Source: Toensbergia leucococca (lineage: Eukaryota). Taken from it: a stretch of 20,583 nt of DNA. The position numbers and the translations under genes were made by a program. Within the stretch, counting starts at the first letter, position 1. Every line of letters begins with the position of its first letter. Of the stretch, positions 9,054-19,678 are shown piece after piece. Location: NCBI GenBank assembly GCA_022813965.1, contig JALDZS010000046.1:124001-144583 (forward strand), given 5' to 3'. The notes beneath the pieces are model-generated. The model worked only from the letters and a program-made list of their open reading frames with translations. It was not told the DNA's origin and did not search any database.

Positions 9054-9632
9054 ATGTCCTCCGCACCGTCTTCTAGCCGTGGGCCTCTTAGTGAGAAGCC
9101 AAAAGTTGGGAATGATGGAAAAGATGATGATGCCGTCAAGCATCAGGCTGAGATAAACGACCTCGAAAAGGCTGCTCTCCAGAAACACGAGGCAGCAATT
9201 GAGGCCCACAAAATGGCCATTAAAGATCATGAGATGGCTCTCCAGGATCACCAAATGGCTCGCAAGGATCACGAAATGTTTCTCCGGGACCAAAAAGTCA
9301 TTACCAAGGACCGCAAGCAAGCTGACGAAGATCATGCCAAAGCTGCTGCCATCCATTCTAGGGCTACCAAGGATCATGTCATAGCTTTGCAAGACAATGT
9401 GACAGCACTACAAGACCAATTCGATGTGGTGGCACGTCGTTCGGCCGCTCGTGGGAATCGAGCAGATGCTACTCAGGAGAGTTCAGTCACTCCTCAGGCA
9501 CCGGCGACTGCAGCTCCGAGCCATGAAGTTGCTCTCCAGGATCGTACCGTTGTAGTTCGAGATCGCGCTGTTGCTTTCCCGGGCGACAAAAATGTCAATC
9601 AGGTTGGTGAACTTTGTCTTTTGCTACTTTGA
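9054..9632 (+). CDS. Orphan protein with His/Ala/Asp heptad repeats (predicted coiled coil)
   Basis: 192-aa ATG ORF (aaagATGt context) with a 21-nt / 7-aa repeat HxxAxxD over 9186-9416, diverged between units while keeping frame. The 3' end may instead be spliced (intron 9603-9659, last exon 9660-9674). Confidence 0.75.
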   Translation: MSSAPSSSRGPLSEKPKVGNDGKDDDAVKHQAEINDLEKAALQKHEAAIEAHKMAIKDHEMALQDHQMARKDHEMFLRDQKVITKDRKQADEDHAKAAAIHSRATKDHVIALQDNVTALQDQFDVVARRSAARGNRADATQESSVTPQAPATAAPSHEVALQDRTVVVRDRAVAFPGDKNVNQVGELCLLLL

Positions 9633-9635
9633 GAT

Positions 9636-10619
9636 TCATTTATTCTGACCGAGACCAAGGACGCTTTCCTTTGATTTACATCGCGTGAAGCTTGACGCAG
9701 AAGGCATGTACCATGCAAGAAAGATAGTCTGTGTCAGAGCTAACAAGGAACTCGTAGTCCAGTAGACCAGCATCGCACTGGGTAAGGCAAGTGTTGCTGG
9801 ACCGACGGCCAGGGCCAAAGCCATGAGAATCTTGTCAAGTTGTGTCTGTATTTTCGATGGCGTTCTATGAAGAGTACGGGACATGATTCTATGCGAGGAG
9901 ATGTTGGCGAACATGGAAGCGGAAAGAATAAAAGGAAGTGCGAGCAATGGATCTGGCATGAGAAGATCTGGAAACCACAAAGCACCCTCATTCGATAGAG
10001 ATTCCTCGATTGGCACCAGAAATTTCGTCAGTGTTTCCGAGCCGGTACCACCCGTCTCTACTGTACTTTCATTCCATGGTCTTGCAAACAACCCAAGCAG
10101 TCCCTCATGTGTGCCGCACATCTTGCGAATGGTTTCAATAACGACGAGAAATACTGGTAGTTGCAGGACAGGCAAGAACAATTTCCATGACTGAGTTCCC
10201 CAATTCCTATAGAGCTCTGCTGTCTTTTCTCTCATTTTTTGTCGTACAAGCTTGTCACAAACCACTGGACCCCGAGCCCTATCCTTCTGCATAACCTTTC
10301 TCTGAACGACGGATTGCCATGCAAATATTAGAGGCTGGACAGCCATTCGACGCTGGGTGATTTTATATGTGTATACTGACAGAGGTCCCGTCACAACAGT
10401 CCTGATGATGAGTGCTGTCAAAGGCAATGTGACGGCCCATGAGAGGCCAGTGCTTTGGTGAAGGCCAGAGATAGCATTGTGAGTAAGACTAATACAGCCA
10501 TCTAAGTATTGGTGTCGGGGAGAAGCATGGAATGATCGATGTTTGGACCAGGAGGAGGAAAGATACTGGTGAAGCCATTGCCTCGAGTGCATTCTCGACA
10601 AATTTCGGATCGGCACCAT
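9636..10619 (-). CDS. COX18: Mitochondrial inner-membrane insertase Cox18 (Oxa1/YidC family), 327 aa
   Basis: First ATG is at 10619 (the track start at 10688 is a TTG). Presequence ending RSFHASPR; motifs GLHQSTGLSWAVTLPLTALIIR, LPVLQLPVF, EGALWFPDLLMPDP..LPF, PSAMLVYWTTSS. Confidence 0.9.
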   Translation of the reverse strand: MVPIRNLSRMHSRQWLHQYLSSSWSKHRSFHASPRHQYLDGCISLTHNAISGLHQSTGLSWAVTLPLTALIIRTVVTGPLSVYTYKITQRRMAVQPLIFAWQSVVQRKVMQKDRARGPVVCDKLVRQKMREKTAELYRNWGTQSWKLFLPVLQLPVFLVVIETIRKMCGTHEGLLGLFARPWNESTVETGGTGSETLTKFLVPIEESLSNEGALWFPDLLMPDPLLALPFILSASMFANISSHRIMSRTLHRTPSKIQTQLDKILMALALAVGPATLALPSAMLVYWTTSSLLALTQTIFLAWYMPSASSFTRCKSKESVLGLGQNK

Positions 10620-10911
10620 TTTCTCATTTTCTCTCCTAACCCTACGAAGAGCGTAAGTCAGATTCAAAAGCCTGTAGGATGGTACCAATTTTCGAAGGTT
10701 GGATGGATGAGATCTATTCCTCGATTACAGCCTCTCAGCCTTTACCGACCAATCTCGCGACGCCACGTGGCTGTGTAAGTATCATATTCTAGCGCTATGT
10801 ATTATACTCCGTGAGGTACGAGTATCCGTACCATACCTCAAGTAAATAATCTTAGTTCTCAAATTCTTCTCCTCTGCAACATGATAACCTTCTTCTAACA
10901 CTAATCCCAAT
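10620..10911. promoter_or_regulatory. Compact bidirectional promoter COX18/ALG11 with palindromic G-box GCCACGTGGC (10762-10771)
   Basis: 292 bp separate the two divergent ATGs; a 10-bp perfect palindrome lies near the midpoint. Confidence 0.5.
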
Positions 10912-12706
10912 ATGGCCGCTTTCGGCTGGTACCTGCTCGGTGCTCTACCCGTCATCAGTGGCTTGTTCCTGGGTGGATGGCTCACCCAGAGTCTAGGCAA
11001 GTCAGTTGGATGGTACTTACAACGAAAGACCTCGGCCCGTAGGAAATTAATACAGGCTCGCGTCAACGCTGAAGAGGAGGCTTCACACTTGAGCCGAGGC
11101 CAAACTACAGCCATTGATGAAGCAGACTGGGAAAAGGTAGAAAGCTACGCGGCTGGATCCGCTGCTAATGGAGGGCAGGCCGAGAAAGAATGGGAAGGTG
11201 TTGTAGGATTCTTCCACCCATTTTGGTATGTCCACTGGGATGCCTAGCTATCGTTCAGACACTTCCAATAAGGACTGACTTCGCAAAGTAATGCAGGGGG
11301 TGGAGGAGAACGAGTGCTCTGGGCTGCCATTAGAGCTACGCAAAAGCGTTGGCCTAAAGCTGTATGCGTTGTTTATACCGGTGATCATGATGCCTCCAAG
11401 ACTGCAATACTTCAAGGAGTCCAGGTACTTGGAGACTGGAAAGCTTGCATGTTCTGTTACTCCTAAAGCTGATCATTATTGGTAGACTCGCTTTAACATT
11501 CATCTACATCCTCCCACTGTCGTCTTTATCTACCTCCAGACACGTTACTATGTTCTTAGCTCCACTTATCCTCATTTCACTCTTCTCGGACAGAGTCTCG
11601 GTTCCCTTATACTTGGTATTGATGCTTTCTCATTGCTTGTACCTGATATTTTTGTCGATACCATGGGCTATGCATTCACTCTAGCTCTTTCCAAGTTCTT
11701 CTTCCCTGGATTGCCAACGGGAGCCTATGTACACTATCCAACCATTTCCACGGACATGTTGGGCTCTCTTGACGAGGATGGAGAGGGAATCAACGCAGGC
11801 ACGGGAAAGGGATGGAAGGGTATTGCCAAACGGAGATATTGGCATATGTTTGCCTGGATGTATAGCTGGGTTGGAGGTACTGTTGATGTGGTCATGACCA
11901 ATTCTTCCTGGACACAGGCTCATATTCGTTCCTTGTGGGGTCCAAATCGAGCCAAACGGCGCAAGAAGTCCGAGGTAGAGGTTGTCTTTCCACCTGTTGC
12001 GGTCGAAGAGCTTGAGCAGGCGATTGAGATCAGCACTGAAAGTGAAAAGCAGCGGGAGCGTGTACTCTTATACGTCGCACAATTTCGACCAGAGAAGAAT
12101 CATGAGCTTATCATTCGTGCATTTTCAGAGATGCTCAACTTATCTTTCGGTCAGGAAGCTACAGCTGGGGCAAAGTTAGTCCTCATCGGCAGTGTACGAC
12201 ATAGCGATGATGCAACAAGGGTGTATGATCTTCGATTGCTTGCTCATGAACTGAAGATCAAAGAGAATGTTGAGTTTATCTGCGACGCACCATGGCCCGA
12301 AGTACTGAGTCGACTGCGAAAAAGCTGGGTCGGGGTCAATGGAATGTGGAACGAACATTTTGGTATCGGGGTCGTGGAGTATCAAGGGGCAGGGTTGGTA
12401 TGTGTTGTCAATGACAGCGGTGGGCCACAGAAAGATATTGTAATAGACTTCGATGGTGGGCCAACAGGTACGGGTCTCTGCTTCGTAAAACACAGTCTAT
12501 CTTGCTGACCTGAAATTACAGGGTTTCATGCAAGTACAGTCTCGGAATATGCAGCCAGGTTCACGGATGCTCTCTCAATGTCCCAGGACGAGACAATATC
12601 AATGCGGCTTCGAGCTAGAAAGTCAGCGAAGCGTTTTACAGAAGAAGCGTTTGCAATGCAATGGATTATGCAGATGGAGAAACTTATGGACATGCAGCGT
12701 TCCTAA
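10912..12706 (+). CDS. ALG11: GDP-Man:Man3GlcNAc2-PP-Dol alpha-1,2-mannosyltransferase (GT4), 538 aa
   Basis: Exons 10912-11225, 11289-11424, 11486-12467, 12522-12706 (1617 nt). Motifs [77 protein letters not shown]. Confidence 0.97.
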
Positions 12707-12989
12707 GGCTTCTCGTTACGAACAATGATACCCAATCAGGCTATATGATACTGCCCCTTTATACTTAGAACCGATATCAACACTTACCTATACATCACAT
12801 CAATACCGAGTCAATCAAGCATCAGTGCTTTCATTTATCGATTATGTATTTCTGTGACGTTGACCCTGGTGCCCCTAAAATCCCTAAGATGGATAAAATA
12901 CGTAGCATACTTCGTACGATGCGACGTCATCCTACTTCAACGATACCTTAACTCACTAAGACACCATATATTTACCCACCACAGTTGCT

Positions 12990-15860
12990 ATGGCTTCGTA
13001 AGTGCTGGACCAGCACATGCATCGGAAATGGCTAATACTTACAAGCAACATACTGTTCCTACCCTTCCGAAGAACCCATTCGGTATCCTTGTCAGCTGCC
13101 ATTCGACAGTATATATCAACCAAATATGACCAACACCCGGATATGTTCAAGCGTGACCTTGAAGTCATAGATCAGCTTCGAACAGATGCCATCACTTCTC
13201 TTGAGGCCCATGTCAGCGGAGTAAAAAAGCTGACGGCATATGCGGCACAGCTTGTATGGATTGGGGGGAAATTCCCTATTGATGTGAGCTATTCAGAGGA
13301 TGCCTTGATAATTTGCTGTTCCGCGTGTGTATTGTGTGAGACTGCTTAGACTCGGATTTTGAATCACACAGATAGGGGTGGACTTTACATGGTATACTGC
13401 GCTAGGCTTCAATACTCAGAAACCAGGTGCGCCTTCTATTTTACTTCCCTTTCTATTCCGGCTGATTTGATATCCTAGAATCACAGAACAATCTTCGGTT
13501 CGAACTTGCCAATATCCTCTTCAATCTTGCATCCCTATACTCTCAGCTTGCCATATCCCTTAACAGGAGTACGAGTGATGGGCTGAAGGCGGCATGCAAC
13601 TACTTTTGTCAAGCCGCTGGAGTCATCGCATATCTGAAGACGGATATAATTCCTGATCTTCGATCTACTCCGCCTGAAGATATGGACACAATGACTTTGG
13701 AAAGCATACAACAGCTTTTACTTGCTCAGGGACAGGAATGTTTCTGGTCTAAAGCCGTCAAGGATGGCTTGAAGGATGGTTTGATTGCCAAATTGGCAGC
13801 GAAAGTATCAGACTTCTACGACCAGGCGGCCGAATTTGGAACAAAGTCAGACATAATCAGCACCGAATGGATCCATCATATGACTGCAAAACACCATCAT
13901 TTTGCAGCTGCAGCTCAGTACAGGGCATCACGGGAATGTCTAGATAAGCAGAAATACGGCGAGGAAGTTGCAAGGCTCAAGGATAGTTTGACATGCGTAA
14001 ACGAAGCTCTGAAAGAATCGAGGTGGATCAATAAGATTGTTCTAGCTGATCTCAACGGGCTTAAAGCTAAGGTGTCGGAAGACTTGAAAAGAGCTGAGAA
14101 GGACAATGATGTAATCTATTTGATGCCTGTCCCACCTAAATCAGAGCTCAAGACTCTCGATCGCGCTGGAATGGCAACGGCAAGAACTCCGAAAGAAGTT
14201 TCCGATCCAGCATCGACATTAGGTGATCGTGGGGCTTTTGGCCAGCCCCTTTTTGCAAAATTAGTACCCTATTCAGTACATATCGCTGCAAGTATCTATG
14301 CGGAACGAAAAGATAGATTGGTCAATACGACAATCATTGATGAATTAGAAGGCCTGACCAACAAGCTGAGAGAGTGAGTCGATCTGCAACGATTGTCTTG
14401 CCATTGAAGACACTAATGAAAGGCTAGCCTATTACAGTCTCTCAATCTTCCTGGATCACTCCAAGCGCTGGAGAAGCCCCTAGGTTTACCCCCTATGCTG
14501 ATCTCTCACGCCGAAGAGCTCCGTCAACAAGAGGGTCTTCATAAACTACGGCGCTCAATGCACGAAACAACGAAACTCAAGGCGAGTGATACGACTACTT
14601 ATGAAGAAGGCGTTACGTTTCTTCGTTCTGAGGCGGCTGAGGATGATCGAGCAAAGGCCAAGTACGGCACAGATCGATGGACCCGACAAATATCACAACA
14701 AGCAGCAGAAAAACTCTATACCCAAGTTACGGAAATTGAGGGGTATCTGAAGTCTGCTAACAGTAGCGATGAACTTGTCAAAGACAAACTCAAAAGTTGC
14801 GAGGGCGTCCTCCAATTGCTCTGCAGTACCGATCGAGACCTAGAAGAATATGTACCAAGCAGTCGAAGAGCTGTGATGCCGCCAAATGTTGAGCGGGCTG
14901 CAGGAAGCCTAAGGACCATACTGAATGAAGTCAGCCGACTAGAGAGTAGGCGGAAGCGAAAGACAGAGAGTCTGCGTGAGAAAGCCAAAGCAGACGATAT
15001 AAGTAAGATTCAGCCTCCATTATTGCGGCTCAACATCCTAATCCTATCTTAGACACAGTAATCCTGGCAGAAGCAGCCCGTCTTGAGCGAGACTACCCAA
15101 TGCAGAAGATCGAGCCCGCCCAATTCGAAAACATGTTCGAAGAACGCCTCCAACGCTACGACGTCGACAGGAAAATGGTCCTTGAAGAACAAGACGAACA
15201 AACCCACATATCCTCGCAATTAAAAGAAGCCAACACTGCCTTCGCAAGCGCCCGCCGAGGCGACACTTCCACCAAAGACCGCGAGCAAGCCCTTCAAAGA
15301 CTCGAAAATGCTTATTTCAAATACAAAGAAGTCGTCTCTAATCTCACCACAGGCCGCAAATTTTACAACGACCTCGCCGCAATCGTCACCCGCTTCCGGG
15401 ACGAATGCAAAGATTTCGCCTACCATAGACGCCGTGAGGCTGTCCAGCTCGAATCGTAATGATCCCTCTTTTCCCTCTTCCCCCAGGTAATTACGATATG
15501 ACTAACGCATACAGTGACCTCTCCAATGCCCTCTCCACTCTCTCCCTTGCCCAAACCTCGACTCTCCAAGACCAACAGCAGCGCTCAGCCCTCCGCTCCC
15601 ACTACACCCCCAAAGCCCCCACCACCGATCCTCTGACTGCACCCACACCCACCAGAGCAGCAGTGGCGCCTCCTCCGGCACCGGAACCGGGCATGTGGAG
15701 CCCGGAAATGGGGATCAAATTTGGGGGAGGGGCTGCCGTGCCTGCCGGGGATATGGGCAGGGCTGTGTCGAATGTGCATAATCCGGCGTATCCGAATACT
15801 AGAAGTGGGGTGCTTAAGGGGGGGCAGTGGGATCCAAGCTTGGGGGTTAGGTTTGGGTGA
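12990..15860 (+). CDS. palA: pH-response regulator PalA/Rim20 (BRO1 + ALIX V domain), 839 aa
   Basis: Exons 12990-12997, 13046-13283, 13372-13426, 13479-14373, 14428-15002, 15053-15455, 15515-15860 (2520 nt). Motifs MASNILFLPFRRT, KYDQHPDMF, NLRFELANILFN, LLLAQGQECFW, AEKDNDVIY, LNLPGSLQALEKPLGLP, GRKFYNDL, and C-terminal MWSPEMGIKFG / WDPSLGVRFG repeats. Confidence 0.96.
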
Positions 15861-16677
15861 GTGTCGGGTTGGGGGGGGTGGGTCGTGATTTGTGGGAGTT
15901 GGGGTTGGGGTAAACGAGTTTGTGACTTAAGTCTATATAGCTGATTCATCCGAGATTTCTTGCTGGGTTTTTTCTTCCCCTTTTGTGATGTGAGGTTTGT
16001 ATGTTTGATATGGGGAAGGTGGGGCTTTGATTTGTTTGTTGGCTCGTGTGTGGGTAATGATTTTGGCTCGCTAGTGCACATATGGGACTTTTGTTGGAAT
16101 TGTAGGAGACATTGTTAATCGCTGCTGTTCATGAACTAGTTAGTTAATCCCCCCCCCCGCCCCCCTTTTTCTCGAAAATTCGGCGGAGGTTTTTTGGTGA
16201 GATTTTTTTCGCTTCGTTTTATGGTATGTAGCTGTATTCTAGGTCAATCCGTGGGAGTTTTTAGATAACATCCCTTTCAGCGAAGAAAAAGTCCCCTCAT
16301 CCCATTCCAAAGAAGAGAAAAAAAAGAATGAATGAACAGAAAATCTCAATGTCAGTACCTAGTTTACAAACACATTTCCCCACAGATAGTGTGAAATTAG
16401 GTAGCTAGTAGCACCTTCTTCTCCCCTCCTTTCCCACCCCCCAACCCCGGACCCCTTCCCAAACGGACTCCCCCACAAAAAAGGGGGGAGAAAAAAAAAA
16501 GGAAAGATAAAAAACAACTCGAAAATCGGGGTATCTATGGACCTGAACCAAAATAAAAAAAATAAAAATAAAACCAAAAAAATGATCTAAACTTTTCCTT
16601 TTTTTTTCGGAGCAAGCACTTCAAGTCTATAAAGAAGATTGTTGGCCATATGGTGGGGGGAATTTGCAAACAACGCT

Positions 16678-17925
16678 TCAGAGCACAATCTTAGCCGCAA
16701 CGTCAAGCAGCCACTTTGCATCTCGCCACCCTCCCTGCACCGGCGGCAGTATTTCCAATACTTTCTCCTCCACAGCCATCTCTCTCTCGTCCTCGTTTTC
16801 TTTTGCCTCCTCCGCTTTTTCCTTATCTAAACCCCCATCTCCACTCTCGTCACTCCCATCCCCCTCTTTTTCCTCCACATCCTTCCCATCCCCGTCCACT
16901 CTGAAATCCATCCATCCAACCGCCCAGTCCACCCAACCGCCAACCCTTCCCCAAACAACACTCTTCATCTCTCCCTCATCCATCTCCTCCCCGTCTGCCA
17001 TCCACATCTCCTCTACTTCCTCGTCCGCGTCCACAAAATCAGGCCCCGACATCTCCATCGCTATCTGTTCTTTCCCATCCAAAGAATACAGTCGTACCTG
17101 ACTCGAGAAGCGGGAAATGGGCCGAGATCGGGAATGAGCTCGAGAGCGGGCGCGGGTGGAGAAGGGCGAGCGGGCACGGGCTGAGAATGGAGAGTACTCA
17201 TCGTCGGCTTCGAAGGCGAGGGTTGAGGCTGTGTGGAGAGGGGAATTGTCTGTTGTTGCGAAGGAGTAGGAGTAGGGGTTTTGTTGGTAAGAGTTTGTGT
17301 TTGGGGAGGGGGGTTGGATTAAGAGTGATGTTGAGGAGGAGCGGGTTGCGAGCCAAGATTGGCCTTTTGATTCGAGGGTTGAGAGCGTGAGGTGTGATGC
17401 TGTTTGGAGGAGCCAGTCGGCTGTTGTGCTGGGTTTTTGGGGGATCGTAGTTGTGTTTGTTGATATTGCTGAGGTGGTTATTGTGGATTGGGAGGAATTG
17501 GTTTTGTGGTGATTTGTTATGAGTGGCCGTGCCGGGGCTTTGGCTTTGTTGAGGGAGGAGAGGGTTTGGATTGACTTGTAGCTTGGAATGGCGAGATTCG
17601 AGCGAGAGGAGGAGCGGGAGAGGATGGAGGGGGTTTGCGGAAGTGATTTCGGACTTATGTATGAGGGAGGTGGGTGTGAGCTTGGGTGGGGCCCGGAGGG
17701 GTCGTAGAAATTGTGTGGGGTGAGGGGGGCGAAGGTGAAGTTTTGGAGGTTAGGGTGGGATTTGCGGGTGTGGCGGGAGTAAGTTGCCTGGGTGGAAATT
17801 AGTCAAGATGTAGAATCGAAGTGTGAATGGGATGGTGGGATGAGGATAAGGGTGGAACGAGGAGGAGGATAGGATGGGAAAGATAGAATGAGGACGAAGG
17901 AAGAAGGAGGGTTACTTACATCCAT
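16678..17925 (-). CDS. DUF3984-family fungal protein, 371 aa
   Basis: A 6-nt first coding exon (ATGGAT, 17925-17920), intron GTAAGT..CTAAT..CAG (17919-17788), then exon 17787-16678 fully open. Motifs NLxxxxxAPLT, SYISPKSLPQTPSILS, DWLL...ESKGQSWLATRSSSTSL, PDFVD, GGWVDWAVGWMDF, GGWRDAKWLLDVAAK. The track shows only the last 134 aa. Confidence 0.85.
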
Positions 17926-18225
17926 GGTGGGGGAGTGGTATTGAGCAGGAGCATTTATGTTTCTCTTGCTGATGGTGGATTTGATGGTGTATGAATAGGT
18001 ATTGGTTTTGTGAAGGTCGATTTCGCTCTGATGAGTCACGTGTTCACTCATGGAACCCTGACGTAAGACACAAATTCTAGAGTCACACTCATTCTCGTCA
18101 TTATTCGTATTCATACGATAGCCATGGCATTGTCAGCTCCATGTTAATTACTCGGGTTGTCGTCACGCTTCTGTTCAGATGGTTTCGGAACATCAAGTCG
18201 ATTCGGACAAGGGGAAGCTATCTAC

Positions 18226-19320
18226 TTATTCAATTTTTCCTTTGTTCACCACGAACCCTTCCAATGCTGCTATAGCTGCCCAGAGCCTGTTTTCACCTTC
18301 AGGAAATACCAATGATCTTGGGCTATAGAAGACTTCATCATTGACTTCTTCCTGATGTCTGGGCAGACAATGCATGAACTTCCATCCAGCCTTTGCTCCC
18401 CCTCTTTCAGCTAGTTCAGACGTTACCTGGAAACCCTCAAATGCCTTCAGACGCTTTGCTTTCTCCTCCTCCTGGCCCATTGATACCCACGTATCAGTCA
18501 CTATTACATCGGCATCCCTGACTGCTTCTTCTGGTGCGTTGGACTCGGTGAGTTTACCAACTGTCATGGCATCGGCCCCAGCCTGACTAATAATCTCCCT
18601 CATGTTGCTTGGTATCTCATATCCTTTTGGAGTCGCAACCGCTATATTTACTCCTAGCTTCGCAGCCCCAATTGCAAGATCATAGAGAACGTTGTTCGCA
18701 TCGCCCACCCATGCTATCTTAAGCCCCTCAAGTCCTAGCCCTGGAGTAAATGATCGCTGGTGTGTTCGATTTGGTGCAAAAGTCTCGTGGACTGTGAGAA
18801 AGTCTGCTAATGTTTGAAGAGGATGGAAAGCATCGGAAAGGGCATTGATAACTGGTACTGTAGAATGTTTTGCTAGATCTGCGACGTCTGAATGTGGTCC
18901 TACTCTTGCAACAATAGCCGATACCATTGATGAAATGATGACAGAGGTATCATACAAAGATTCATTGACGCCCAACTGAATATCATCTTTGCCAAGGAAC
19001 ATTGGGTTGCCCCCCATGGTCGCTACAGCTGCTTCGGTGGAGACTCGTGTTCTTGTACTTCGTTTGCTAAAGGGCATGGCCACAGTTTTGCCTGTCAAAC
19101 TACCAAGTATTGATTTTGGGATTGAACCGGATTTGATGGCTTTCTTATGTGAAACAGCATTCCGAATCAATGTCACTAATTCCGTTGAACTGAGATCGGC
19201 TATGGAGAGAAGATGCCGAGGTGCAAATGGAGAGGTTAGCAGCATGGAATGAGTTGAATATGACCTCTGTAGTTGGTTAAGGGTTCGAAGTACCTGATTT
19301 GACGGGCGTAGAAGGGGCAT
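18226..19320 (-). CDS. ARG3: Ornithine carbamoyltransferase, mitochondrial (argB), 364 aa, intronless
   Basis: ATG at 19320 (the track start is an upstream GTG). Presequence, then RHLLSIADL, FSKRSTRT, HPLQ, WVGDANN, TDTWVSMGQE, FMHCLPR, ENRLW. Confidence 0.97.
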   Translation of the reverse strand: MPLLRPSNQVLRTLNQLQRSYSTHSMLLTSPFAPRHLLSIADLSSTELVTLIRNAVSHKKAIKSGSIPKSILGSLTGKTVAMPFSKRSTRTRVSTEAAVATMGGNPMFLGKDDIQLGVNESLYDTSVIISSMVSAIVARVGPHSDVADLAKHSTVPVINALSDAFHPLQTLADFLTVHETFAPNRTHQRSFTPGLGLEGLKIAWVGDANNVLYDLAIGAAKLGVNIAVATPKGYEIPSNMREIISQAGADAMTVGKLTESNAPEEAVRDADVIVTDTWVSMGQEEEKAKRLKAFEGFQVTSELAERGGAKAGWKFMHCLPRHQEEVNDEVFYSPRSLVFPEGENRLWAAIAALEGFVVNKGKIE

Positions 19321-19678
19321 TTTGAATTGTCGTACGATTGTGGACCGGAAAGAATTTTCTCGATTCCACGACACGGTGAAAAGAAAGATAAACGTGGGCT
19401 TACGGAGTACAGATAAGGTATCCGTATTTCACGGATAGATTCTTCGATTGTGCAATGAAGCACAACTTTAAATTTATGTACTCCGCAGAACTACACTTTA
19501 GAATATGCATAAATGTGCGGGCGGCTAGTTATCGTCATCAACTCGACCTGCAGGCGCAGTCTGACCAACGTCTAAATCCTCCATCTCTTCATCATAGTCG
19601 ACCCTATTCCATTATCTACCCAGCTGCGATTACGCTCATTCCATCATGTTTCTATGCGATAGATGACTTTCCCTCACC

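Noticed and set aside
10620..10688. N-terminal extensions in the ORF track for COX18 (TTG 10688), and likewise ARG3 (GTG 19374)
   Set aside because: These are non-ATG starts from a prokaryote-style ORF caller. The downstream ATGs give proper mitochondrial presequences.
15456..15514. Internal CAG|GTAAT in the last palA intron as a recursive or stwintron site
   Set aside because: The halves would be 31 and 28 nt, too short for introns, and the first lacks a branch point. Using the inner donor would include an in-frame TAA.
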